From IMG/VR virus record IMGVR_UViG_3300011438_000003, positions 1-54,602 of that record: 54,602 bases of DNA. One strand, given 5' to 3'. Under the pieces are notes generated by a model. The model saw only the letters and a list, made by a program, of their open reading frames with translations, ran no database searches and was not told the origin of the DNA. Both the position numbers and the translations under genes were made by a program. Below are positions 29,954 through 40,487 of the stretch, piece by piece. Positions within the stretch are counted from its first letter, which is position 1; the number at the start of each line of letters is the position of its first letter. The stretch is from a virus.

Positions 29954-32757
29954 TACGGACTCTCCAGTTTCTCGCTCATGGTCATGTGACTATCGGCGGT
30001 ATCAATCTTCCGCTTCGGCGCGACGGCGCCCGTTGCTTCTGCGTTCGCTTGCTCCGGCGCGCTTCCCCTCGCTGAGCTGTGCATGGCTTGGATCTTCGCG
30101 ATGAATGCAGGGTCCAGCGTCGGGTCCGTCGCGACGCCAGTCAGCTGCCACAGCTCGAGCTTCGCGTCGTACGGCAGTTCTTTCCCATCAGCCGCGAGCT
30201 CGGCGGCTTCCGAGGTCAGCATGCCGACGAACTTCTCGTGTAGCTTCGGCGCGGCCTTTCGGAACGCCTCGACGCCTTCGGGCGAGAGCTTGCCCTTCTC
30301 GAAATCCTTCACGACCGACATCGGATCTTTGGCCGCCTCGAAGGCGCGGAGGAACTCGCCCATCTGTGTATCCGCAGGCTCTGGATGGCGAGCGGAAGGG
30401 AACCCGCCGGCCGGTGCGGTCAGCGTTGGGATCTTGCTTTGCAGGTATGCGAGCGTGTCGACGTTGCGCTTCGCTATCGAGGCGGAGACGTTCGGCGCCG
30501 CTCGACTCGTCTCGTCTCCGAGCATGCGATCGAGGCGCGCTTGCGTGCGGTCGGGTGCGCTTGCAGCGTCCGCCACGTGCGAGACGGCGCTGTGGTAGTC
30601 GATCCGGTCGTCGATGCCGCTGCGTACCGCCGCGCGCCCCACGTCGGTGGCGGTGTCCTTCGCGATGCGTACGGCCTTCTTGCCGAACGCCTTCACACCA
30701 TCGAACATCTCGCTGTCGACCCGCGCACCGAGGCGCTCGATCGCAGCGAGCTGGCGGACTGCCTGCCCGGGTCGCGTCAACGCGCCCGCGACGGCCCCCA
30801 CAGCAGCGCCCACGGGGCCGCCGAACGCGAGACCGCCGAGCAGGCCCCCCATGCTCCCGAAGCCGCCAGAGTCGCCAGCCTCCAAAGCTTTGAGCTGATT
30901 CGACAGCGTGAGCGTCTTCTCTGCCTGGTCGATCGTCTTCTTGAAGCCTTCGGTGCTGCGGATGACCTTTCCGAACTCAGCGAGCCGAGCAGGATCGAGG
31001 TCGGCCAGCTGCGTGATGGCTTCGGCGAGGTCCTGGCTGTTGGCTAGGTGGTCGCGGATCGTCTGATGGATCAGGTCGTTCTTGGGGCTCGTCAGGCCGT
31101 TTACGTAGCCGTCGATCTTGGCGGGATCGGCCGTGGTGTTACGCACCCACGGATTCGCAGGATCGCGACCGAGCGGCGTCGAAAGGCGCTGCTCGAACAG
31201 GTTCTTCGTGTCGAGATATTTTGCCCACGCCTTGTTGATGCGCTGCTGATCGATCGCCGTCTTCCCCCACATGCCCTCGTCTTCGAGGCCCTGGCGGAGG
31301 TTCTCGTATAGACCGCGGACCTCCCCAGATACGGCCATGTCGCTCGACGTCGTCATGAACGTGCCCGGCTTCGCGAGCTTGCCGAGTCGCTTCTTCAGGT
31401 TGTCCAGCTCGACGTAAGCCTTCGTGCCGGACCCCTCCGCAGCAGCGTCCGCGATGCCGCGATCCGCGAGGTTCAGAAACCGGTCCATCTTCTTGAGGTC
31501 GGCGACCTGGCCGAAGGCGTCGCGGTCCGCCAGCATCTCCGTTACCTTCGAGCGGATGTCGGCAACATGCCCCTGCGCGAACTCGAGCTGCTGATCGAGT
31601 GCCTCCTGACCCTTTCGGATCGAGCGCTCGACGTGGCCAGGCTTTAGCCCGCCCATGTACTCCTCTTGCAGGTTCTTGGTCGCGCCGTTCAGCTCGTCGA
31701 TGTGATCGCGGACAGCGCGCTTCGCAGCGTCGCGCATGGCGTCGCCCTCATAGACTGCAACGCGCCGCGCCTCCCGACCAGCCTCCCCGAGGTTCTGCGG
31801 GCCGAGCGTTCGGATCGCGTCGATGTCCTTTCCGCTCGCCGCTGCCGAAGCCTTCGCCCACGCCTCACCGAGCCCGGGAGCCGCTTCGCCGAACTGACGC
31901 TCGGCCAGCGCTTCGACGTCGCGCGGCGAGATCATCCGCTTCACCTTGTCCAGCGCAGCGCCGCCAACAGCCTCGACACCACCCAGTGCTCCGCCGAACA
32001 GGGCGCCCACACCGAAGCCGTCTTTCGCGCCGGCCAGCACCTTCTCGGCCGTAAGCTCGTGGTCCGGCCCGAGCGACGCTTCCGAAATCGCGTCACCCGC
32101 TCCGATGATCGCGCCCTCCGTACCCATGCGGGCCGCACTGGCTAGCCCCTTCTGCGCTACACGGCCAAGCAGCGACTCCGCACCGGTGCCGACGAGCCCC
32201 TGCGTGACCCGCTCGGCGAACTGGCCAGCGGCCGACATGCCTTCGAGAGGAGCGGCGGCGAGCTCGGCAGCGGCACCTACGCCACGAACGCCCTTGAACA
32301 TCTTGGCGGCGGCGCCAGGAGCGAGGAACCCGGCAACCTTGCCGATCCCACCTGAAACCGGATTCGTCTCGGCCCGAAGCCGCATTTCGTCCGCGAGCTC
32401 GGGGGAGATCTGCGACGCCAGGTAGTCAGTCGCGCCAAACGACGCCGTTCCCGCGGCCCGCTCCAGCGCCGTGCGCACCTGCTGGTCGGCCGTGCCAAGC
32501 CGCTCGCGGGTGAGGGTCTGATCGATCTGCTGCTTCGACGCCTTGCGGTACTGCCCCGGGTCGAGCTGGTCGGCCTCGGACTTGTCGACATCGAACACGC
32601 CTCCCGACGTGTCGGTAACAAACACACGTCCAGCGGACTTCTTCCCAGCGTCCTCTGGTGGAAGCTGTTGGGTAATGTCCGTCGTCGGCACGGGCGCAGC
32701 AGCTGCCAGCTCCTCGGGCGTAGCGGGCCGCGTGGGTCCTTTTGCGGGCTTCGCCAT
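29953..32757 (-). CDS. Large alpha-helical internal virion / ejection (tape-measure-like) protein, 934 aa
   Basis: Ala/Leu/Glu-rich helical sequence with Gly-zipper segments ('GGLLGGLAFGGPVGAAVGAVAGAL'). Position after the nozzle-like gene. Confidence 0.55.
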   Translation of the reverse strand: MAKPAKGPTRPATPEELAAAAPVPTTDITQQLPPEDAGKKSAGRVFVTDTSGGVFDVDKSEADQLDPGQYRKASKQQIDQTLTRERLGTADQQVRTALERAAGTASFGATDYLASQISPELADEMRLRAETNPVSGGIGKVAGFLAPGAAAKMFKGVRGVGAAAELAAAPLEGMSAAGQFAERVTQGLVGTGAESLLGRVAQKGLASAARMGTEGAIIGAGDAISEASLGPDHELTAEKVLAGAKDGFGVGALFGGALGGVEAVGGAALDKVKRMISPRDVEALAERQFGEAAPGLGEAWAKASAAASGKDIDAIRTLGPQNLGEAGREARRVAVYEGDAMRDAAKRAVRDHIDELNGATKNLQEEYMGGLKPGHVERSIRKGQEALDQQLEFAQGHVADIRSKVTEMLADRDAFGQVADLKKMDRFLNLADRGIADAAAEGSGTKAYVELDNLKKRLGKLAKPGTFMTTSSDMAVSGEVRGLYENLRQGLEDEGMWGKTAIDQQRINKAWAKYLDTKNLFEQRLSTPLGRDPANPWVRNTTADPAKIDGYVNGLTSPKNDLIHQTIRDHLANSQDLAEAITQLADLDPARLAEFGKVIRSTEGFKKTIDQAEKTLTLSNQLKALEAGDSGGFGSMGGLLGGLAFGGPVGAAVGAVAGALTRPGQAVRQLAAIERLGARVDSEMFDGVKAFGKKAVRIAKDTATDVGRAAVRSGIDDRIDYHSAVSHVADAASAPDRTQARLDRMLGDETSRAAPNVSASIAKRNVDTLAYLQSKIPTLTAPAGGFPSARHPEPADTQMGEFLRAFEAAKDPMSVVKDFEKGKLSPEGVEAFRKAAPKLHEKFVGMLTSEAAELAADGKELPYDAKLELWQLTGVATDPTLDPAFIAKIQAMHSSARGSAPEQANAEATGAVAPKRKIDTADSHMTMSEKLESP

Positions 32758-34646
32758 TACTCGCCCCTCCGGCGCAGCGAAGACGGTGGCGGAGCCGGCG
32801 GCACGTACAGGCCGCGCGAGCGCGCAAGTGCCACGGCTGCCGGGTCCGTTCCAGAGGTCACGCTATTGAGCCTGTGCCGCAAAACGTTGTCGGCCTGGCG
32901 CACCGCGGCCGAGAGCTCGGCGGGGGTCTCTGCGCCCTTGAAAGCGTCTTCGATCTTATGCATCTCCTCGGCCGAGCCGCCCGATCCGGTGATGGCCTTG
33001 CGGTAGCCGAGGATGCCGCGATCGACGATGCCCCGGTTGATCCGGCCCTCTTCGCTGAGCAGCCGGCGCCCTCCGGGAAGCTTGTCGGCCAGGTCGGCCG
33101 TCCAGCCGTAGCCCGGGATCGTGTCGCTCCCCTGGTACTTGTCGGCGATCTTGCGGAGCCCTTCGAGGTCGGCCAGCGCGGGCGTGATGCCCTTCTCGTC
33201 GAGGAACTCAACGTAGTGACGCGCGTTCTCTTCCGTCTTCGACGTCACACCGCCCGCCACGATCGGCCCAGCAGGCAGGTACCGCGAAGACACGCGCTCG
33301 GTGACGGACTGGTCGAGCTTCGCAGTGAGTAGCGCCTGCTCTTTCTGAAGAGTGGCGATCGCGCTGCGAGCGTTGATCTCCGCCGTCGTCCCCTTGTACT
33401 TCGCGGACTCGGTCGCGAGTTGCCCCTCGAGCGACGCGAGCATGGCGCCGCGCGCAGCGAGGTTTGTGCTCCGCTCGTCGCCGTGCTGCTGGCGCATGAG
33501 GCCGACGAGGTTCTGCTGTTCAGCCGCTGCAGCTCGCTTGCCAGTAGCGTTCTTCTCCTGTGTAGCGATGTTCCGATCGATCATCTTGTTGACCTGCGAC
33601 ATGATCGGATTCTCGGATAGGCCTAGCGCTCCCTGCTGGAGACCCCCGAGCATCATCGCAATCGCCGCGAGTGGTTCGCTCTTCTTCTCCCAGATCTTGT
33701 CTTCGTCGATCGTGCCGTTGCGCGCTTCGTCGGCGAGCGCTTTAGCCTTCTGCATCTGCGCGCCGATCTCTTCCTGGCGCTGCGTCTCTCGCTGCTGCTC
33801 TCCGAGTTGCTGGCGCTTCAACTCGTCCTCGTAGCCCTTGCGAGCCGCGTACTCGTCGGTTGCGTGCTGGCGGCCGACCTCGGCAGAGTCGACCGCAGCT
33901 TTCATCTGCTCGGCGGTCGCTTGGCTCAGCTGACTGCGCACCTCGTCGGAAACGGGCGTCCCTTCGGTGACCTTCGAATGTGGGACGTAGGCGCCTTCTT
34001 TGCGGTAGCCGACAACGTGGGGGCCGAGTGACGCTTCGGCTGTCGCAGGCGAGCCGGTGGCGCGCGGCTGCAGCTCGTCGACTGGACGGTTGCGCGGCTG
34101 GACGGCCTCGGTTTCTCGCTCGGCGGCAGCGAGTGCGCGCGGAGTCTGACCCAAGTCGAGAGGGTTGTGGCCTACAGTCAGACCGAGTGCGGCAGCGATG
34201 CGATCGGCATCGCCGTTCGGGTGGCGGTCGCTGGGAAGCGCTGTGCCGGATCCGCCCGCCCCGGATTCGATCACCGGGACAACACCACGTTGTAATGTTG
34301 GGCCGCCGATCTGCTGAGGCGGTAGCACAACGCGCTGCGGAGGAGCCTTCGAGACGATCTGCTGCTCGGGGAGCATAATCCCCTGCGAGGCGCCAGGGTT
34401 CGCCTGTGGCGTGAGAGCGTTTCGGATGACATCGGCTGCGTCTGCCGTGCGCATGTCGTCGGGTGGAGCAGCAGCTGCGGCCATCTCCGGCGGGATCACA
34501 GGAAACTGCATCTGAGCCGGTGGCGGCAGCTGCGCCGCTACCTGATCGGCCTCGGGCCCGGCGGCGAACACCGGCGGCCCACCATCGCCAAGGTCGAAGT
34601 GGTACCCGCCGCCAGGATCGAGCGTGTAGGAGCGAGGGAGCGCCAT
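32757..34646 (-). CDS. Internal virion / ejection-like protein, 629 aa
   Basis: ATG 34646 shares 1 nt with the upstream stop. Pro-rich N-terminus, helical Q/E-rich middle, hydrophobic 'LAAIAMMLGGLQQGALGL'. Confidence 0.5.
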   Translation of the reverse strand: MALPRSYTLDPGGGYHFDLGDGGPPVFAAGPEADQVAAQLPPPAQMQFPVIPPEMAAAAAPPDDMRTADAADVIRNALTPQANPGASQGIMLPEQQIVSKAPPQRVVLPPQQIGGPTLQRGVVPVIESGAGGSGTALPSDRHPNGDADRIAAALGLTVGHNPLDLGQTPRALAAAERETEAVQPRNRPVDELQPRATGSPATAEASLGPHVVGYRKEGAYVPHSKVTEGTPVSDEVRSQLSQATAEQMKAAVDSAEVGRQHATDEYAARKGYEDELKRQQLGEQQRETQRQEEIGAQMQKAKALADEARNGTIDEDKIWEKKSEPLAAIAMMLGGLQQGALGLSENPIMSQVNKMIDRNIATQEKNATGKRAAAAEQQNLVGLMRQQHGDERSTNLAARGAMLASLEGQLATESAKYKGTTAEINARSAIATLQKEQALLTAKLDQSVTERVSSRYLPAGPIVAGGVTSKTEENARHYVEFLDEKGITPALADLEGLRKIADKYQGSDTIPGYGWTADLADKLPGGRRLLSEEGRINRGIVDRGILGYRKAITGSGGSAEEMHKIEDAFKGAETPAELSAAVRQADNVLRHRLNSVTSGTDPAAVALARSRGLYVPPAPPPSSLRRRGE

Positions 34647-37159
34647 CAGGGGTGGCCTCCTTGAGCCGCGGTCGGGTATTGCCACATGCTTCTTGGCATC
34701 TCGTCAGGACGCAGCGGGAGCAGGCCCTTATCAGTCTGCCAGGACGGGCGGCCCGTGCGAGGGTCGACCACGACGGGAGCCGCTTCCCGAGGTAAGCCCT
34801 TGCCGCCATTCCAACTTGATGTGTCAACGGGCGCGGACTGCTGGTCACCGCGCATACGCGCCTCGAGCGCGTCAAGCCGGCGCTGCGCTTCACCCGTCGC
34901 TGCTGCGTTCACCAGCGACAGCCGTGAAGCATCGACCATCTTCTTACCGTCGGGTCCGGTCTTCACGGCCGACGCGCCCGCGGGTGTCTTCTCGAGATCT
35001 TGCGCCATCGGCCCAATCTGACGGCCTGGCGCTGCGCCGGGAGCGTGTGGATCCTTGTACTCGTAGGAGTAAGCGACGGCGGGACGGAGATCGGCGCCGC
35101 CGGTACCGCCGGCGACGACGCCCTGCGCAGCGCCATCGCGGAACCCCTCAGCGCGGATCGCGTTCTTCTTTGCTTCAGTATCGCTGAGGGCGTATCGGGG
35201 CGCGACGTCTGCCCCTTGCTTCGCGTACGCCGCATCGAGGTCGGACGGCGGAAGCGGAGCTACTGAACGGTACATTGCGGGCTGTTGCCCCATCGTCGGC
35301 GCCGGTTGCTGCGTAGCCGCGCTCTCCCTCTTCCACGGATCGACCAAGCCGTTATCGACGGTGCCAGCATAGGGGTCGACGATACCGAACGGAGTCGGCC
35401 CGACTGGAGGATGCGGCGTCTTCCAATCCTGTTCTAGCAACGCAGACCGCCACGGCCCCAGCGACGCAGCTTCCTCCGCTGCCATCTGCTTCTCGAGCGG
35501 TCGTTGCGTAGTCTCCGATCCGCCTGACATGCGTGCTTCGAGCGCAGCGAGTCTGTCGTGCAAATCACCAGTCGCATCTGCTCGCACCTGGTTCTTCTTC
35601 TCGGTGGTGTCGCTGACCAAGTACCGCGGCGAGCCGAACTGCTGAGGCGGCGCCATCGGGCGCGGTCTAGGACCGGATCGATCCACCACACCGGGCATGT
35701 TCAGCGCGTTGTCCGCTCCCCATGTGCTCGCATACATCGGCGCGCCAGTGAGAGGGTGCTGCTGTGTCCACAGGTCGGCTGCGGCTGGATCGGTGAATGC
35801 TGCCGGCGGCGGTTGCCCCTGCCGCGCTGCCATCTCGGCCTTCCACGGATCGACGAGGCTCGCCTGTGCCGGATCGGAGCCGGGTGAGCCTGGCGGTAGC
35901 GCTGCTGGCGCCGTCGCCAACGTCGGATCCTTCGCGCGCTGCGGGTTGTCCTGGACGCGCGCCATCTCGCGCGACGCCTTCGTCTTCCCCGAGTCGGCTG
36001 GCATCCGGGCCCAATCTGGCGTTTCGGTGTCGCCAGCCATTGCCCCCCCTGCCGCGAGCCCTCGCGCGATCGCGCTGGTCGTCGGATCCGGCGAAGCGGC
36101 CGCCGCATCAGCAGGCTCGATATTTTTCTTCCCGCGCACATCCGAAGCCGCTGCCAAGACGAATGGCGCAACCGTGGCCGCCACCGTGCCGACCGTCTTC
36201 CAAGTGTTGGCGGTGTCGGCTTGCGATTGCTGAGCAGCGAGCCCACGCTCGGATAGGTCGCGCGAGTTGAGCAGGGCCGCCGTCTGATCTCGCTCGCCCA
36301 TGTCCATGGCGCCGATCTGCATCCTCTGCCCGCCGTAGCCGAGCTGTCCCTGCAGGTTCAGTCCGCGCTGCTGCGCTTCGAGGTTCGCATTGTCCTCTGC
36401 GATCTTCTGCCGCATCGAGGAGTCGAACTGGTTCTGTTGTGCGCCGAACTGCCCGGTTTGCAGCCCCTGGCCGTACGCGGTCGACGACTGCCCCAAATCT
36501 TGCGCGCGCTTCTGCCCCATGGCCGCGCCGTAGTCGCCGCGAGCCTGCGCCATCTCCGACGCTCGCAGCGTCGCAGTCTGCGCGTTCGTCGCCTGATCGC
36601 TAGCTGCGTTCGATCGGAGCGCGGCTCGGATCGCTGCCACGCTGTTGCCTGCGCCACCGCGAGCGCTGTTCGCGATCGACATTGCGTCGCGTGCCGCCGA
36701 CGCCTGCCCGGTGGCTAGCTGCTGCTGTGCGACAGACGGCGCCCCGCCCTCGGCGGCAGTCTGCAAAGTGTCGAGGAACTTCCCCTGCCGGCCAGCCACG
36801 GTGCTCGCGTCGTTGAGTCCCGTCGTCGACATGGCCACGCGGCCTTGGTCGATCTGCGCCTGGGTGTTTTGAACCGGGCCTACCTGCGGCGCTCCCTGCA
36901 CCGAGAGCTGATGCTGCTGATCTCGCAGGACATTGATGTCTCTATTTGCGTCTGGGCTAAAATTGCCGTAGCGGAACGCATTGGCGTTCTGCGCTGCCCA
37001 CGGGACAAGCTCTCTGCTTGCTAGCGCGTCGTGGCCCTCGGTGCCGTAGACAAGTCCGCCTCCAGTTGGTGCGCCAGGCTTGGCGCGGACGAGACGAGGA
37101 TCGTCGTACTGGGAACCGCGCGGATCTGGTTTGGTCGGGTCGCGTACTGGTCCGTACAT
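34646..37159 (-). CDS. Large virion protein with Q/A-rich repeats, an internal duplication and a C-terminal Peptidase-S74-like intramolecular chaperone domain, 837 aa
   Basis: Three 'SD(T/V)xxKKN' motifs (S339, S516, S659). 'YEYKDPHAPGAAPGRQIGPMAQDLEKTPAGASAVKTGPDGKKMVDASRLSLVNAAATGEAQRRLDALEARM' fits the S74 chaperone pattern. Confidence 0.6.
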   Translation of the reverse strand: MYGPVRDPTKPDPRGSQYDDPRLVRAKPGAPTGGGLVYGTEGHDALASRELVPWAAQNANAFRYGNFSPDANRDINVLRDQQHQLSVQGAPQVGPVQNTQAQIDQGRVAMSTTGLNDASTVAGRQGKFLDTLQTAAEGGAPSVAQQQLATGQASAARDAMSIANSARGGAGNSVAAIRAALRSNAASDQATNAQTATLRASEMAQARGDYGAAMGQKRAQDLGQSSTAYGQGLQTGQFGAQQNQFDSSMRQKIAEDNANLEAQQRGLNLQGQLGYGGQRMQIGAMDMGERDQTAALLNSRDLSERGLAAQQSQADTANTWKTVGTVAATVAPFVLAAASDVRGKKNIEPADAAAASPDPTTSAIARGLAAGGAMAGDTETPDWARMPADSGKTKASREMARVQDNPQRAKDPTLATAPAALPPGSPGSDPAQASLVDPWKAEMAARQGQPPPAAFTDPAAADLWTQQHPLTGAPMYASTWGADNALNMPGVVDRSGPRPRPMAPPQQFGSPRYLVSDTTEKKNQVRADATGDLHDRLAALEARMSGGSETTQRPLEKQMAAEEAASLGPWRSALLEQDWKTPHPPVGPTPFGIVDPYAGTVDNGLVDPWKRESAATQQPAPTMGQQPAMYRSVAPLPPSDLDAAYAKQGADVAPRYALSDTEAKKNAIRAEGFRDGAAQGVVAGGTGGADLRPAVAYSYEYKDPHAPGAAPGRQIGPMAQDLEKTPAGASAVKTGPDGKKMVDASRLSLVNAAATGEAQRRLDALEARMRGDQQSAPVDTSSWNGGKGLPREAAPVVVDPRTGRPSWQTDKGLLPLRPDEMPRSMWQYPTAAQGGHP

Positions 37160-40155
37160 TACTTCCTCGCCTCCTGCGGCAACCGCATCCGGCTGCTACC
37201 GCGCTTCACCTCTACCTCGAGCTGGATGCTCGTCAGACGGAACCCGGCACCGTTGCCAGCGCCATCCGAAACCTCGAACGAGATCGCGCTGCACTTCTGA
37301 TTGCGCAAGTGGATCGACAGTTCCTCGCGCTCCAGAGCCGCTAGCTCGGCTGCCGTCCACGTATATCCCTCGGTCAAGATCACGCGGTTGAAGTCCGCGT
37401 ACACCGTCACCGATAGGTCATGCGTGCCGAGCTTATCGAACAGTAACGTCGCTCGGCGAACCTGCTGGTAGCCCTGGAGACCGGCGACGTTGATCCACGC
37501 ACTGCGCCCGTTCGCGTCGTACGCAACGCTGGCGTCCTGCCATGTGTCTGGATCGGCGCGCCGTACACCGAGCGCGGTGCCGTAGTAGAAGACGTCGCCC
37601 ACGACGGCCGCGCACGTAACCACGGCGCCGCCCTCGATGTTCCACACCGCCCACTGCTTGCGGCTATAGTCGTACACGACGGCGCGCCCTGTGGCGCCGT
37701 CCGTCAGAGTCCAGATCACCAGTTGGCGTGACGCCCAAAGCGTCGCGCTCGTGACGATCGGGTAGTCGCTCACCTCGTCACGTACGGCCGTGCCGATGAA
37801 ATCCAGGCCCATCCCCTTGTTGAGCATGTAGATGCCGGCTTCAGACTTGAAAAACACGCCGTCTGGCGAAGAGACGCAGCTTCGCGGATCGACGCACCCG
37901 ACCTCGCTCGATACGATCCGAGCTTCGTAGTTCGAGCCGTTACCGGTGTCACCGAACCCATCGCGCTCGACCAGGAAGATAGAGGCCCGCTTGAACACCA
38001 TTGGCTTGTCGTCGAGGTTCTCGACCGCAACGATGTCGCCGCCGTCCTCGACGCGAAACGTCAGTTGCTCATTGAACCCGGGCACCTCGCCAGGCGTGAA
38101 GGCCTTCGAATACCAGACCGTTTTCCCGCTCGCGAGGAACACACGGTTCTGCACGATCGCAACGGTCTGCGAGGCGGGCGGGAGCACGTTGTCGAGCACT
38201 TCGCCGTCCGTGTAGATCGCCTCGTTCGCTTGGATCGATGCGTCCGAAGATCCGTCGGTGAACACGTTTGGCGTCGAGCTACCTCCGGCCGTCTGCGTCG
38301 ATAGCCAGCGGCGGAATGGTCCGGGTTGATTAACAGGCGTTCGGTAGAGACGCGTTACCGTGAGACTCTGCGGGCGTGTCGTGACCGGCGGATCCGCCAC
38401 CGTGACCTGCAAGCGATCGTTCAAGTTGACCGTCTTCGAAAGCGGCGGTGTCAGTACGACGCTGCTCTGCAAATTACCAAGTGCGTCCTGCGTCTCGTAG
38501 ACTACCAACACTTGGTACGTGCCGGCCGAGAGCGCTCCGCCTCCGCCGACCTGCGCGATGGAGCAATTAGCGGTGTCAGGGCCGAACACGAACGCCGCCT
38601 CTTGCGGATGACGTCCGTCGTAAAACATGGGCTTTCCGCCCGCGATCCAAAGCGACTCCGATGCCTCCGCCATGAGAGCCGTAGTGTCGCGTTCTGCCGA
38701 CTGTGCAAAGTCGATGTCGAACGTGTCGATCCCGCTCGTGCTGAGCAGATACGCATTGCTTACGTCGCGCAGCACACGCGTTTTGATCGTCGCGCTCGCG
38801 CGGAAGTGCCCCGTTTCGATCTCAGCTACGCCGGCTAGATGTCCATCGGCGCGGTCGTTTCCGGACTCACGCGGCGCGAACCATGCGACCTTTTGCCCCG
38901 CGACCGCGCTGGGACCAATTCGCAACAGAAACGTAGTCCCCTGTAGCGTCGACTTGTATCCGATCAGACAATAGGGGCCGGCGAAACCCTGGTCGAACGT
39001 GAACGCGAATGGCTTACTTTGCAGATTGAAGCCGTAGTAGGCCGCCTCCGCGCCGAGCAATGTGCCGTCAGACTTGAGCTCGCGCGTCCGGATGAACGGT
39101 CTCGCCGCCACACCGTCGCGGTGCTCGAACACGAGCCACGCGGACGTGGCCGTCGAACGCACTAGCCCTAGCTGTAGATACGTCGTTGTGCCGGCGCGAA
39201 CAGTTGTCGGACCGCTCACGACAATCAACGTCGACGGGTCTAGCACAACCGATCTGAGGCTATTCCCTACGCCCTGATCACTCCACGCCACATAACACGC
39301 CTCGCCAGGCGTAGAGATGACGGCGAGCGCATCGAACGCCGTTTCCCCTATAAGCTTCGTTGTAAGTATCGCCAGAGCACTGCTTACACGCATGACAAAT
39401 ATGAAGGTGTCGGTCCGCGTGTACGCAACGATGACCTCGGTCGCCGACACCGCCGAAACATCAAGCTTTGGCACTGCTACATATACATCCGTCTTGAGTA
39501 CCGTCGCGGTGCCAAGGATGAGCGTCGTCGTATCGAACGACATCGCTCGCAGCTCAAACGTGCCGGCGTTGTCCGCGATCCAAAAGAACAGCAGCAGATT
39601 TCCGCACGCCACCACCCGAGGAATGAAGCCATTGAGCACCGGATTCGAATCGAACAGAAACACCGCCGCCCGCGTCTCGGCCTCGTAAACGTTGAAGTAC
39701 ATCCGGTTGTCGCTGCCGAGCCAACAGTGCGCCTCGTAGCCGTTGGCGTATGCAACGTCGCCGCTGCTGTACGAGGTGCCGTCGTTGCGCGCGATGGGAG
39801 CGCGCTCCGCGAGCACAGGCGTCGTGTAGTTTGTGAACGCCCACTTGTCAGCCGTCGGATCGCGGCGGTACACGCCGTGTTTCGTGACCATCACCAGCGA
39901 GTCTTTGAAGCTGCCTAGCCGGATGGGAGGTGTCGCCGACAAGCTCGCGCCGTCAAGAGTCTTATGCTGGATCGCGATGTGACCCGAACGTCGGTTGACC
40001 GATCCGAGCCGGTCGAACTCGAGGTTGTCCATGTCCGCCAGGTAGGGCGGCTGCATCAGCTTCTTATCGACGTCCTGGCTCACGCCGGCGCCGAAGTTGA
40101 TGATAAAGGGTTGGGTCGGCACGGTTACCCCCATACCCATAGGTAAACGGTGCAC
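37159..40155 (-). CDS. Large beta-rich virion protein, probable tail nozzle (tail tubular B-like), up to 998 aa. Start uncertain (GTG 40155, ATG 40140/40134, or GTG 40122 with a GGGGG SD)
   Basis: Size, beta-strand-rich repeats and position after a ~230-aa adaptor-like gene, as in podoviruses. No motif-level identification. Confidence 0.45.
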   Translation of the reverse strand: MHRLPMGMGVTVPTQPFIINFGAGVSQDVDKKLMQPPYLADMDNLEFDRLGSVNRRSGHIAIQHKTLDGASLSATPPIRLGSFKDSLVMVTKHGVYRRDPTADKWAFTNYTTPVLAERAPIARNDGTSYSSGDVAYANGYEAHCWLGSDNRMYFNVYEAETRAAVFLFDSNPVLNGFIPRVVACGNLLLFFWIADNAGTFELRAMSFDTTTLILGTATVLKTDVYVAVPKLDVSAVSATEVIVAYTRTDTFIFVMRVSSALAILTTKLIGETAFDALAVISTPGEACYVAWSDQGVGNSLRSVVLDPSTLIVVSGPTTVRAGTTTYLQLGLVRSTATSAWLVFEHRDGVAARPFIRTRELKSDGTLLGAEAAYYGFNLQSKPFAFTFDQGFAGPYCLIGYKSTLQGTTFLLRIGPSAVAGQKVAWFAPRESGNDRADGHLAGVAEIETGHFRASATIKTRVLRDVSNAYLLSTSGIDTFDIDFAQSAERDTTALMAEASESLWIAGGKPMFYDGRHPQEAAFVFGPDTANCSIAQVGGGGALSAGTYQVLVVYETQDALGNLQSSVVLTPPLSKTVNLNDRLQVTVADPPVTTRPQSLTVTRLYRTPVNQPGPFRRWLSTQTAGGSSTPNVFTDGSSDASIQANEAIYTDGEVLDNVLPPASQTVAIVQNRVFLASGKTVWYSKAFTPGEVPGFNEQLTFRVEDGGDIVAVENLDDKPMVFKRASIFLVERDGFGDTGNGSNYEARIVSSEVGCVDPRSCVSSPDGVFFKSEAGIYMLNKGMGLDFIGTAVRDEVSDYPIVTSATLWASRQLVIWTLTDGATGRAVVYDYSRKQWAVWNIEGGAVVTCAAVVGDVFYYGTALGVRRADPDTWQDASVAYDANGRSAWINVAGLQGYQQVRRATLLFDKLGTHDLSVTVYADFNRVILTEGYTWTAAELAALEREELSIHLRNQKCSAISFEVSDGAGNGAGFRLTSIQLEVEVKRGSSRMRLPQEARK

Positions 40156-40487
40156 GCGGACGCGGCGACGAGTGTGATCGTGCGAGCGTCTCGAGCTGTC
40201 TCGCGCACGTCGGCAGCGTTGGCGCCGAAGCTACGAACGATGAGCCAGCCTCTCGGTGGACGCCCGAGCCCGTGCGCCACGAGCTTTGCCGTTGCCGATA
40301 GCGCGACGCCGTCTGTCACCTCGCCAGTGGTCGACACCTCCGATGCGAGCAACTGCCCGTTCAGAATCGGCACGCGCGCGAACAGTCTATCGAACGCATC
40401 CTGGACGTTCCGCCACAGGATCGACACGTCGTCGGGGGTTGGCGTGTCCGATACGACGTGCCGCAGGAGCTTCGGGACGGCGTTCAT
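40125..40487 (-). CDS. Virion-associated hypothetical protein, 120 aa
   Basis: ORF in the structural operon register. Confidence 0.55.
   Translation of the reverse strand: MNAVPKLLRHVVSDTPTPDDVSILWRNVQDAFDRLFARVPILNGQLLASEVSTTGEVTDGVALSATAKLVAHGLGRPPRGWLIVRSFGANAADVRETARDARTITLVAASACTVYLWVWG

Noticed and set aside
33742-34893. 383-aa minus-strand alternate-frame ORF, and similar ones at 30105..30893, 44544..45428 and 35701..36246
   Set aside because: Extreme Arg/Ala/Pro/Ser bias. They overlap the large virion-protein ORFs, which have balanced composition and operon-consistent junctions.
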